This document shows, one piece after another, positions 17,455 to 26,900 of a DNA stretch of 59,401 nt (the stretch's first letter is position 1; every line of letters starts with the position of its first letter). The stretch is from a virus: positions 1 through 59,401 of IMG/VR virus record IMGVR_UViG_3300045988_077504; one strand, 5' to 3'. Made by a program: the position numbers and the translations under genes. A model generated the notes under the pieces. That model made no database searches. It saw only the letters and a list, made by a program, of their open reading frames with translations, and was not told the origin of the DNA.

Positions 17455-17967
17455 TTAGTAGGTAGGACGTGTAGGACGGCTGCGCTTGTACAAAGCACGC
17501 TTTACATTCTCCAGACTAATCTTCGAGTGGCTTGCATACGTTTCTGCGTCTTCCTTGTTGGTTATGGCAAACCAGTCGGCAAGTGCCATATCAACCAAAT
17601 ACGAATGTATGCCATTACCTAAGCTATCTGCTGAAGCATTGTTGTAGTTAGATGGTAGCCTAAATGTAAGAGTAAGCTGTCCGCTATTATCAATCTCACT
17701 TTGCATACGGTTATTGCTTGTGGTCTTATCTTCATACAGATATTCGCCAAGCAGACTTTTGAGAGACGAAAAAGCATTGGCGAGTGAACGGCGTACCTGA
17801 TAACTGTTTTCATCATCATCACTTGCTTGCATATTCGATGCAGCCTCATAAGTCTTCTTTCCCTCAGCCTCACGTGCCTGTCCTGTTAGATAGGCTTTGT
17901 TCTGAATGTCATAGATAAGCTCTTTAACCTCTTCCGTTATAACGAGGTTCTTCTTGTTTTCTGCCAT
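17455..17967 (-). CDS. Paralog 2 of a tandem three-gene family, function unknown
   Basis: 170 aa. LTLTFRLPSNY...MALADWFAITNKEDAETYASHSK...KRALYKRSRPTRPTY. Confidence 0.7.
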   Translation of the reverse strand: MAENKKNLVITEEVKELIYDIQNKAYLTGQAREAEGKKTYEAASNMQASDDDENSYQVRRSLANAFSSLKSLLGEYLYEDKTTSNNRMQSEIDNSGQLTLTFRLPSNYNNASADSLGNGIHSYLVDMALADWFAITNKEDAETYASHSKISLENVKRALYKRSRPTRPTY

Positions 17968-17987
17968 ATTATTTATAATTAGATGAA

Positions 17988-18440
17988 TTATTCGTATGTT
18001 GGACGTATCGGCTTCTTCTTAAAATAAGCCTTACGCAGAATATCTTCCATGTCGGTTGCAGCAGATTTCGCATAACTTTCTGCTTCTTTCTTGTTTGTGA
18101 ATGTATACCACTTACTCGTGATGTTCATAACAAAGAAGCTGAATAGGCTACGCTGCATACTCTCTTTCAGGTTTTCATCGAAAGAGTTAGATAATTCTAA
18201 TTCCAATGTGTATAGGTCGCTTACCTCCTGTTCTATTCCAAGTACTTTCTTTAAGCTGCCAGCAACCATATTCTTGCTCTCATTCCAAAAGCGTTCAAGC
18301 ATTGCTTTATCTTCATCAGTTGTGAAGATACGGTTGTAAGCGTCTTCGTCATTTTCCATCTTGGCACCAGTATAAGAAGTTGTCTTTGCAACTTCATTAT
18401 AAACTTCGCCCTTAGCTATTTGAAATTCAATCCTTTTCAT
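17988..18440 (-). CDS. Paralog 1 of a tandem three-gene family, function unknown
   Basis: 150 aa. YTLELELSNSF...ITSKWYTFTNKKEAESYAKSAA...RKAYFKKKPIRPTYE. Confidence 0.7.
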   Translation of the reverse strand: MKRIEFQIAKGEVYNEVAKTTSYTGAKMENDEDAYNRIFTTDEDKAMLERFWNESKNMVAGSLKKVLGIEQEVSDLYTLELELSNSFDENLKESMQRSLFSFFVMNITSKWYTFTNKKEAESYAKSAATDMEDILRKAYFKKKPIRPTYE

Positions 18441-18441
18441 A

Positions 18442-19017
18442 TTACCATTTTGCGATATTATAGTTAATGCCTATACCAATATATGGTTGTAGGCTGTTTT
18501 TACCAATACCATAGCCTACCTGCACCCCCAATCCCCAACGCTTCTCTTTGCTTTTGAAATAATGATTGATAACATTAGTCTTTTGGTATACAAAGATGCT
18601 ATCTACCTTTGGATTGTAGCCACTCACCCAAACTTTGTACGTGCTATCCTCATACATCTTTTGTGTTATTGGTATCACCACCTTAGCACTGTCAGGAGTA
18701 TTCTTAACACAACTATCAGATGGCATTATATAATTTCCGCCTAAAAATGTATTTTTTAGCATATAATTTTCAGCAGAATTTGTATTTCTGTCACTAACTG
18801 GGAGTGATACAGTATCAAACCTTAACACGGTACTGTCTTTTGGTACTGGCAAATAGTACGGTATTGTGTCTCGATAATGGATAGTATCTGTAACCTCGTT
18901 CATCTTCGGTGGAGGCAACTTGTAGTGTCGTAGGAAAATGTAAGCAAGAGAAATCACGCCAACAAACAATACTCCTACAGTCACTAATACGCTTGTTAAT
19001 TTACTCTTCTTTTTCAT
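18442..19017 (-). CDS. N-terminally membrane-anchored protein with an OMP-like C-terminal beta signature (possible lysis accessory or spanin analogue)
   Basis: 191 aa. TM helix LTSVLVTVGVLFVGVISLAYIFL. The C-terminus GLGVQVGYGIGKNSLQPYIGIGINYNIAKW has alternating residues and ends in an aromatic residue. It lies directly downstream of the endolysin. Confidence 0.6.
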   Translation of the reverse strand: MKKKSKLTSVLVTVGVLFVGVISLAYIFLRHYKLPPPKMNEVTDTIHYRDTIPYYLPVPKDSTVLRFDTVSLPVSDRNTNSAENYMLKNTFLGGNYIMPSDSCVKNTPDSAKVVIPITQKMYEDSTYKVWVSGYNPKVDSIFVYQKTNVINHYFKSKEKRWGLGVQVGYGIGKNSLQPYIGIGINYNIAKW

Positions 19018-19020
19018 ACA

Positions 19021-19473
19021 CTAACTATTTTGAATGTCTGAATACTCTTCTTTTGCGTTGAAACATGGACATGCCTTAATATACTCGAAAGGTTCTATTT
19101 TGCCATTTCTGTTAAGGTCGGGTGAAAAGTCCCTATGCCCTTGAATGATAGCATTCGGATATTTTTTATGTAACATCTTCAATAAGATGCGCAAAGATTT
19201 CTTTTGCTCTGCAGTTCGATTATCAATAGGCTTTCCGTTACTATCAATACCACCGATATAGGCTACATTGATACTAATAGAGTTAAAGCCCTTAACACCA
19301 TTACTTACTTTATCTTCATCAAGCAGCTGTGTAATCTTGCCGTCTGGGCTGACTACGTAATGATAGCCTGGATTAACCCAGCCTTTTCGCTTGAACTCTT
19401 GCTTTAAGCCCTCAATCGTCTGTGACTGATGACTTGCGGTGCAATGAACCGCAATGTATTGTATATTTCTCAT
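19021..19473 (-). CDS. N-acetylmuramoyl-L-alanine amidase (endolysin, Amidase_2/PGRP type)
   Basis: IAVHCTAS...GWVNPGYHYVVSPDGKI...NSISINVAYIGG...IQGHRD...ACPCF is the T7-lysozyme-like amidase pattern. Confidence 0.9.
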   Translation of the reverse strand: MRNIQYIAVHCTASHQSQTIEGLKQEFKRKGWVNPGYHYVVSPDGKITQLLDEDKVSNGVKGFNSISINVAYIGGIDSNGKPIDNRTAEQKKSLRILLKMLHKKYPNAIIQGHRDFSPDLNRNGKIEPFEYIKACPCFNAKEEYSDIQNS

Positions 19474-19474
19474 C

Positions 19475-19702
19475 TTACTTCTCCCTTGTTAATTTTGCCA
19501 CTGCTGCCATACCTGCTGCTGCCCCTACGAGGTATGGATAAATCTTTATCCACCATTCTGGAGGTGTTGCTGCTGCTGCTGTCATAGCGGTATGAATAGC
19601 TACGGCTATAATACTGATACCTGAACTCAATACAACAATATTTTTAAAAAACTTCGGGGTTGTAGCCCTCCACCTCTCTGATAAAGTCTTAAATCGTTTC
19701 AA
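19475..19702 (-). CDS. Putative holin
   Basis: 75 aa with two hydrophobic helices (NIVVLSSGISIIAVAIHTAM, IYPYLVGAAAGMAAVA) and a basic C-terminus. It lies immediately upstream of the endolysin. Confidence 0.55.
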   Translation of the reverse strand: MKRFKTLSERWRATTPKFFKNIVVLSSGISIIAVAIHTAMTAAAATPPEWWIKIYPYLVGAAAGMAAVAKLTREK

Positions 19703-19968
19703 AATCCACCTCCTTTCGGCATACCTGGACGGTCCATTTTCACATCGTTAAGGTGCGTAACCTTAACATTTATCTCGTCTAGTTTAGCCTTAATCTCCTT
19801 CATATTGTCCTGCGCCTTTTGGTTATTCTCGTTATAGAGCAAGTGGTCGTTGTTCACTTGCACCTCCAATATAGAGATGCGAGAATTTAACTGCACCCAA
19901 GCACCTACAAAAGCGATAATAACTGTGCCTAATATGCCTAATAGCGTGTTTCGTATTCCTTTATCCAT
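19699..19968 (-). CDS. Membrane-anchored coiled-coil protein (antiholin-like or i-spanin-like)
   Basis: 89 aa. N-terminal TM helix LLGILGTVIIAFVGAWV followed by a heptad region. It overlaps the holin start by 4 nt. Confidence 0.5.
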   Translation of the reverse strand: MDKGIRNTLLGILGTVIIAFVGAWVQLNSRISILEVQVNNDHLLYNENNQKAQDNMKEIKAKLDEINVKVTHLNDVKMDRPGMPKGGGF

Positions 19969-20263
19969 CTGTCATTTTTTTTGTTTTATAGTTAAAATAA
20001 TGCCAGCCGAATACTCTTACACTGGCGTAATACATCATTGCCACGAATACCATCCAAAGGATATGTATAGGACTATTTGGCTGCCTACCTATAACCGTCA
20101 GCATCCTATGGAATAGACCAAGATCTGCTACCTTCCTATCGAAAGCCTCACCGCCCCTGTCGTAGTCATCATCGTGGACTACACAAGCAGCGTAGAAGAG
20201 CTTTGTGTAAGGGGGCTTAATATACTTTAGCAGCCCCTTACTACAACCGCATCCGTTACTCAT
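19961..20263 (-). CDS. HD-motif small protein (DUF1353-like or phospholipase-A2-like) with a C-terminal hydrophobic helix
   Basis: The start is moved to the internal MSNGCGC (cat at 20261..20263), which overlaps the upstream stop as ATGAGTAA. Motifs: YAACVVHDDDYDRGG, RKVADLGLFHRML, YYASVRVFGWHYF. Confidence 0.5.
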   Translation of the reverse strand: MSNGCGCSKGLLKYIKPPYTKLFYAACVVHDDDYDRGGEAFDRKVADLGLFHRMLTVIGRQPNSPIHILWMVFVAMMYYASVRVFGWHYFNYKTKKMTDG

Positions 20264-20744
20264 CACATTTGAATTTATCCCATTCGATACTATCCTTCTC
20301 TTCCCAGCCTTCTTGCAAGTGCTTTTGAATGAAACTAATAGCACCTGTATAGAACTCGGTAAACTCTTCCAGTGTCTCGAAGGTTTCGTACTCTGCATTC
20401 TCCACCGTTCCGAGTTTTAGCTTTACTGGTAACGTCTTGCCGTTCATCTGGATAGCCAAATCAAATGCAGCCTTGTAATTGAATTGGTTTTCCATAGAAA
20501 GCCAAACCTGCTTGCCCTTGTAGCTGTACCCTGATAATATCTTTTCATCAACAGCCTTATTGACGATAGTTATTATCTCTTCTTTCAGCTCTTCCAAAGT
20601 AGGCTTGTATCGGTATTGCTTACGATAATTATAGCCGTTTTCGCCGTCAGTGCCGTAACCGAAACGTGCTTCATACTTACTACGTCCTATCTTAAAAAGT
20701 CCGTCTTGACGCTCCTTTGCGCCGTATATTTTTTCAAAATTCAT
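20256..20744 (-). CDS. Hypothetical protein (position suggests a tail-fibre accessory or chaperone)
   Basis: 162-aa ORF downstream of the giant fibre gene. No catalytic motif recognised. Confidence 0.6.
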   Translation of the reverse strand: MNFEKIYGAKERQDGLFKIGRSKYEARFGYGTDGENGYNYRKQYRYKPTLEELKEEIITIVNKAVDEKILSGYSYKGKQVWLSMENQFNYKAAFDLAIQMNGKTLPVKLKLGTVENAEYETFETLEEFTEFYTGAISFIQKHLQEGWEEKDSIEWDKFKCDE

Positions 20745-20915
20745 AGTTAGGTCTCCTTTCTCTCCTTCTTCAATCCTCCTACAACCTCATCAAACACAGC
20801 TCCCATATTGTCTGCATCTATTATCTGAGGTATCATATTACCATATCTTTTCATAATCTTTAATTTTCATTCGTTTCGCAATCGTTAAGGTTTTCCAGCC
20901 TCCCCGCTTTTCGTT

Positions 20916-23900
20916 TTACTCTTCGCAGTCGATTTCGCTTTCGTTCTCCAATTCTCCATCGAAGGCAAGGCGAGCACCCCAGTACGAATACCAGTACGAA
21001 TCATCGCTACCCGCGTTCGCACCCACGAGACCGCCACGCTCATTCGCACCGGCATACGCACGCCCAACATACCGCCCTCTTGAAGGGCTATACCGCTGGC
21101 AAGCAGCGTAGCCAGTTGAGAACGCTCTTTCACTAATCGAGAACGAAGAGCCTATCACATCACAGAACCTGCCATGCTTCAATCGTGCGATATTATAGCC
21201 TTCACTAGCAATACCCTGCACAATTCTTTCCGACTTTGTTCTATCATCATAGATATGCCACTTTGCATCTACTGGCATTGATTCGTCGTTATTTGGTCTC
21301 TTTGCAGCCTTCCAAGCAGCGAACGTGGAGATATTCACGCCTACATTATCCATCATCTCCCACACACAACCGACAAAGCCTTCAAGCCCCCAAATCTTAT
21401 TGGGTACTTTGTTAGCACTGCCATAGACAGTGTCAGCCTTACCGATAGCGTCCTGACTTCCAGTAATGTAGTCAGAACTACAGCCAAAGCCATATATTCG
21501 CTGGTCATCCCTATTGCCATAGTAGCATCTTGACAAGATGGCGATAATCTTCGACTGCTCATAGCTGATAGAGTGGTAGCCCTTACCTCTGTATCGGCAC
21601 AAGTTCAGCAAGTCTAGGAAGGAATAGTTAAGCGAACCGACAGGCATATTTGTAGGATTTCCCTCTTTATCGTATATCCATTCCTCCGAGGTCTTATTTG
21701 TTTGATTACCTCGTCTCGTCCTCTTACCACTCACAGAACGGAACAGCCCGAAATCGTCCGTAGTACCTCCATAGATACCGATTAACTCTGCCTTATGCTC
21801 AACCCATCCTGGCTCGATAGCCTCTATATCCTCACTATCCACAGACAAGACGATATGCTCATCATCAGACAAAGCACGAAAGCAAGTAAAGTACAGGTAC
21901 TTCGCACCTGAAGGAACTGCATTATAAACGTAGTCTCCGTTCTCATTCTTGAAGTCGAGCGGACTACCAGAGATACTAGTAATAGCCAATACCTGCTTTT
22001 CAATTATCCTACCTCTACCATCCACGAATACGGCGCAATAGGTAGCATTATTCAGACCAATATATCGAGCCTGTTTCATACCCTCCACATCGAGCCTGTA
22101 AACAGCACACGAAACCAAATCGCCCATACACTCATCGCCAAACTGCACACCTACCTTTGCCTTATCGCTTATCACACCCTTTGTATCGGCAAATAGGCAC
22201 TCACTTAGTAGAGGTTGGTTTTTCTTCGTATATGTCGCCTCTGGCTCTTCTCTGTTAGAGCTTAGTAAGGTATGTTTCTCCTGTGCCTTGAAGTCATTGA
22301 TACCCTTATACCAGAAGTGAGGAATGAACATAAAGCAGTCGTACTGCTCACCGAGTAAATCCTTATTATCGAAGGTGCTATTATCGGCATACTTTGTATA
22401 GTCACTCTCACTAATCTTAGTGAGGTGCATCTTTCCGTTTGCTTTGTTGAATTTTCCCTTTACCGGTACACTCTTCTTTCTTATCTTTAATATGTGACCA
22501 CTTGCTACATAGTCTTTACTGAAATCATAACCTGTAGAATTATCCACATTCGTTATATTTTCCGTATCTTCTACATTGTCAAACTCTTTGTAATCGCTAT
22601 AAGCCTGCTGCTTAATAGATAGTAATGGTAGCGAAGTTCTCCATCCTTCTAACGTCGTATCATCAGTGTACCTCGTCAAACGATAGGTACCTGATAATAC
22701 AGGCTGTGCGCTTACAGACAACGTGGCATCAATTCCTTGCAGGTTAAGGCTCTTCAACTTCTCCAGCTCGTTTCCATCTCCAGATGTCTTTATGCCTGTA
22801 ATTCTTACGTACTTTAACGATGTATTAGTAGCGCCTACACACTTCATCATCAATGCCCACTGGTCTATCTTCTCACATCCTTCTACTACCAATGTCTCAA
22901 TACTTCCAGAATTTTCTAATACTATACCTGTATTAGTTAATTTTGGTAGATAGCGTAAAACGAGCTTCTTATAAGTTGCAGGTACTTCCAATCTTTCAAT
23001 ATTACCAGCCTCGGCAACATTTATCTTTGTCAGCTGTGATCCGGTAGCCTGCACTCTCTTCAAACGTGGGCAATAACGAGCATCGATAGTTGTAATAGCG
23101 GTGTTACGCACATCTAATACCTCCAAGAACGGGAGATTACCGAGCGCAAGATTGGTAAGATACCCCTCGTTGTTATTTTGCAGCTTATAATTAGCTCCAC
23201 CGATAACCAACTCCTTTACCAAAGTAAGTGCGGAAATATCCCACGAAGCAGGGGACGGTGTACAGCCGCTTATATCCAACATCTCCAGCTTATCTGCTCC
23301 GAACACATATAACATCGTACCGCTACCTGTATTAGTCATTCCTGATTGTAGCGTGTAAGTCTGACCAGCTTTCAGATAACAGCTATCTGTCGCAACGTTT
23401 GCACGGTCTACACCGATACCAAAATAACCATCTTTAGCTGCCCTTATCCTCACGCTTACCAGCTTACCAGTAGCACGCATCGAAACAACAGAGCTGTAAA
23501 GGTCTCCAGTCTGATAGAAGCCATCACGGAACAGGAAGCGAGTTTTAATAAAGTCCTTCAATCTCTGGATAGATAGACCGTGCAAAGCATAGAAGTAGTT
23601 AGCAGTAGCCTTGCTATGCTCGATATACTTTCTTTCTCCATCGAAAGAGCTTACCACCTTCGGCCACTTAGTCAGTCGGTCAGTTATCCAATACTTCACA
23701 AGACCAGAGTACGAGAAAGGCACAAGACCATCTGCCGTTGTCAGCTTACGCATAGTCTGTGCAACAGCACGCATCGTAACTGTTTTCTGTCCTTCGTCAT
23801 CGAGCCAAAAGTCATCATTGCCTACGGCTGCATTCTGAACGAACAACACGCTATCGTGTCCTTGATATACACCTGCATCATCGTTGTTCGGGTCGAGTAG

Positions 23901-26900
23901 TGCGGGGATGGTCAGCCCACAGTCGTTATCGCTTCCCAGAATTGTATCGCCATCGTAAAGGTGGTTAAGGTACATTCTTACGACACCGTCCCTATCGAGG
24001 TAGAAACCTACCATCATATTTTTGCTTCGTTGGTCCACCGCAGCTATATAGTCGGTAAAGATATGATAGCAAAGTACAGAGTACACATTTGCCACCGTAT
24101 GTAGTTCCTGTTTCCACTTCTTTAATCGGTTTGCCTTCGTTCCAGCAGTAGAGACACCACCTATCGTAATAGTCCCGTTCTCTTCCGTTAGGTGCTGATT
24201 ACAATCTTGACAGAAACGCAACCATCTATAAAGCTGGTATGGTACTTTCTTTCCTGCCTCATAGAGTGCATTAAGCGCATCATCATCAGGGTAACGGCTT
24301 TCAAAGTACTGTAACCAAATAGGCTTGCCCTCTGTGTCTGGCGTTAGCATATCTTCGACCGTATTAACACCTTGGAACCAGTCCAAAGCATCGTACTTCA
24401 ATAGCTCGTAATTTTCAACAGGATTGACCACATCGCCTGAAATAACCCACTTCGAGCCATCAAAAGACATTGTGCCTGTGGTCTCTTTCCAGTCTCCACC
24501 TTCTTGCCTACGGAATACTCTATGTTTCGGACCGCAAAACTCACTTACCACAACGACATCAAATGTTATTGCTTTCTTCTCATCAGAGTAGAACACCCAT
24601 TGCGATTTATCCTGCGCCTTTACAAAGTCATCGAGAGACTGGTTTTTTGCCGCTACAAGCTCGTAAAAGTCTCCGTAGTTAAGACACTTCTTGTTATAGC
24701 CTTCAACGCCCTCAAAGCCGTAAATCTTAGCGTCTCCCTTATCCTCGTTCCAGTTTCCCTTTGCGTGGAAATATCCATAACTTGGCGAAGTAGCATCGGG
24801 GCTAAATCTATCGGTACGGAAAAAAGCACAAGGGACTGAACAGATAGAGCTGTTAATGGTATATCTCGTAGTACCATTATAAGCCATCTGTGCTGGTGTA
24901 ATATAGTTTACTCCCAGTTCTCTCTGCAAGTCATTATACAGGTTCGTTGAAGCACCATTATTAGCGCCTCCGCTCTCCGAATAGTCCACCTTTACGGTAA
25001 TGATATTCGTAGGCAAAGAGGTATCGAGTACCTGTACCTTTCTCTTTCCAGCATTAGCAAGGCAATCGTTGTACTTCTCCAACTCCTTACCGCTGAACTC
25101 TTCCGCAGTATGAAGCAGGGTAATTACCGCACCCTTAAACTTCATCTTTATGTTTTTGATAGGTCTCTTAGACGAAGTCGTACCCTGGTTAGTAACCTTT
25201 ACCCCAACAGCTTTGAAGTCTTGCCAGGGACGATTTGGGAAGTAAGCATAAACATCGTATGTTCTCTTCGTCTTTTTGTCTCCGTCCAAGCCTTCCAGGT
25301 ACTCTGGGTAATTGTCTTTGGCTTCATTATCCGCTGTGTCCTTATTCTTACACAAAACGAAATAAGGGATGCCAATATCGTAGAGCTTCTTTGCCTGAGG
25401 TCTATTCTTAGTCGTATTCTCTGCCGTTACGGAAGCCATTACATCATTAAAACCATACTCGGTAATCATCGCATCGGTATCAACCATAGTAAGCAGGTAG
25501 TTATTAAACTCCTGCTCGAAGCCAAAGTATGTGCGCCAAGCCTTCACATTGTATAGATAGAGGTCGCCCAGAGTACCATCGAAAGCTACTTCTGCATCGT
25601 GGGCTATCAAAGAACCTGCTGTATAATAACATACTCCTACTTCTTCTCCGTCAAAGTACATTTTTGCCACACCGATACCGGGATAGGGTGCTACGGTAGA
25701 AGGCTCGATAACAATAGCCACATTTGTGCGCTCGCTATCATCGAGGGCTGCCGTAATGGTATGTGCTACCGTCTTACCTCCATCGAAGGTAAATACCACA
25801 TTTTTGCCATCAACCCAGAAGCCAAAGCCATTTTTAATACAAGAGATAAGTCGGGCATCGTCATTGGCTATATTCTTCTTCATCACAGTGAACTGAATAG
25901 CCATACCGTTTTGCCCCATAGCTGCATCATTGAACGGACTATAATGTAACTTTCCTGTAGCATTTTCGGCTATTCTCAAAGACATATTACCCTCGATAGC
26001 ACTCGTACCAAAGTTGTCAGTTACAAAGCCATTAGTGGACCAGTTCACACCCTCGACATCAAGGACTACACCTGTATCGCTGATAGTATGATCCGACTCC
26101 GTATTTGAGCGACCTGCAAAGTCAATACTAAACTGCCTTTGTGTCTTAACCTCCTCGATAGCTAACATAGTACCAGATACACGGAAACTTGCCTTTTGGC
26201 TTGCTCCCTTGCCACTCTTCACAACTACACCCAGCGTGACACTACCGTCTATATTCACATTTGTAACCTTCTTCATAAAGGTGTAGGTTTGAGAACGATA
26301 AGCCACACGCTGTGCCTCTCTATCATCGTTTATAAAAACTTCTGCCACTGGCTCTGAACTCTGACTATCATAGACAGCATAATCGACCGATATAGTCTCA
26401 TAGAGCTTCTTCGTTCCTTCTTCTCCTTCACTATACCACCGTGTGGCTACAATAGGGGTCTTGTTCCCTTCTTCTACAACCATCACAGCCGTATGAAGAT
26501 AGTTACCAATAACACCAGTACCAACGACACCATTTTCACGGCTTCCTATATCCTCCCCGTGTATGCGAATGGGATATGCGCCATGTGTCAGAACCTCACC
26601 ACCCCCCAACACATCGTTTGGGTTAAAGCTCACTGGGTGCGAATAGGTATCTAATACCGTAGCCTCTCCCAGTTTCTGCCATCTTCCAGAAAGGAATATC
26701 TCGGTAGTTGCTAATATGCCCTTATCGCTCGCATTATTAGCGAACTTATACATTTGTAAGGACTTCACACCACCACCAGCATTAAGCACGGTGTTAGCCG
26801 TGTAATTCAGCGTTTGAACGCTCTCTATGGTTACATCTACAGCATTAACATTAGTGTTCTTACTTCCTGAATGCTCGCTATCATCATAGGCTACAAGCTG

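Noticed and set aside
20747-20854. 35-aa minus-strand ORF (MKRYGNMIPQIIDADNMGAVFDEVVGGLKKERKET) in the gap between the fibre gene and the 162-aa gene.
   Set aside because: It is too short and featureless to support on sequence alone. I note it in case comparative data show that the frame is conserved.
20885-21133. 82-aa minus-strand ORF overlapping the 3' end of the fibre gene. Similar alternative-frame ORFs occur at 11929..12216 and 11990..12190.
   Set aside because: They stay open only because the local GC-rich patches are poor in stop codons. Each overlaps a better-supported frame.
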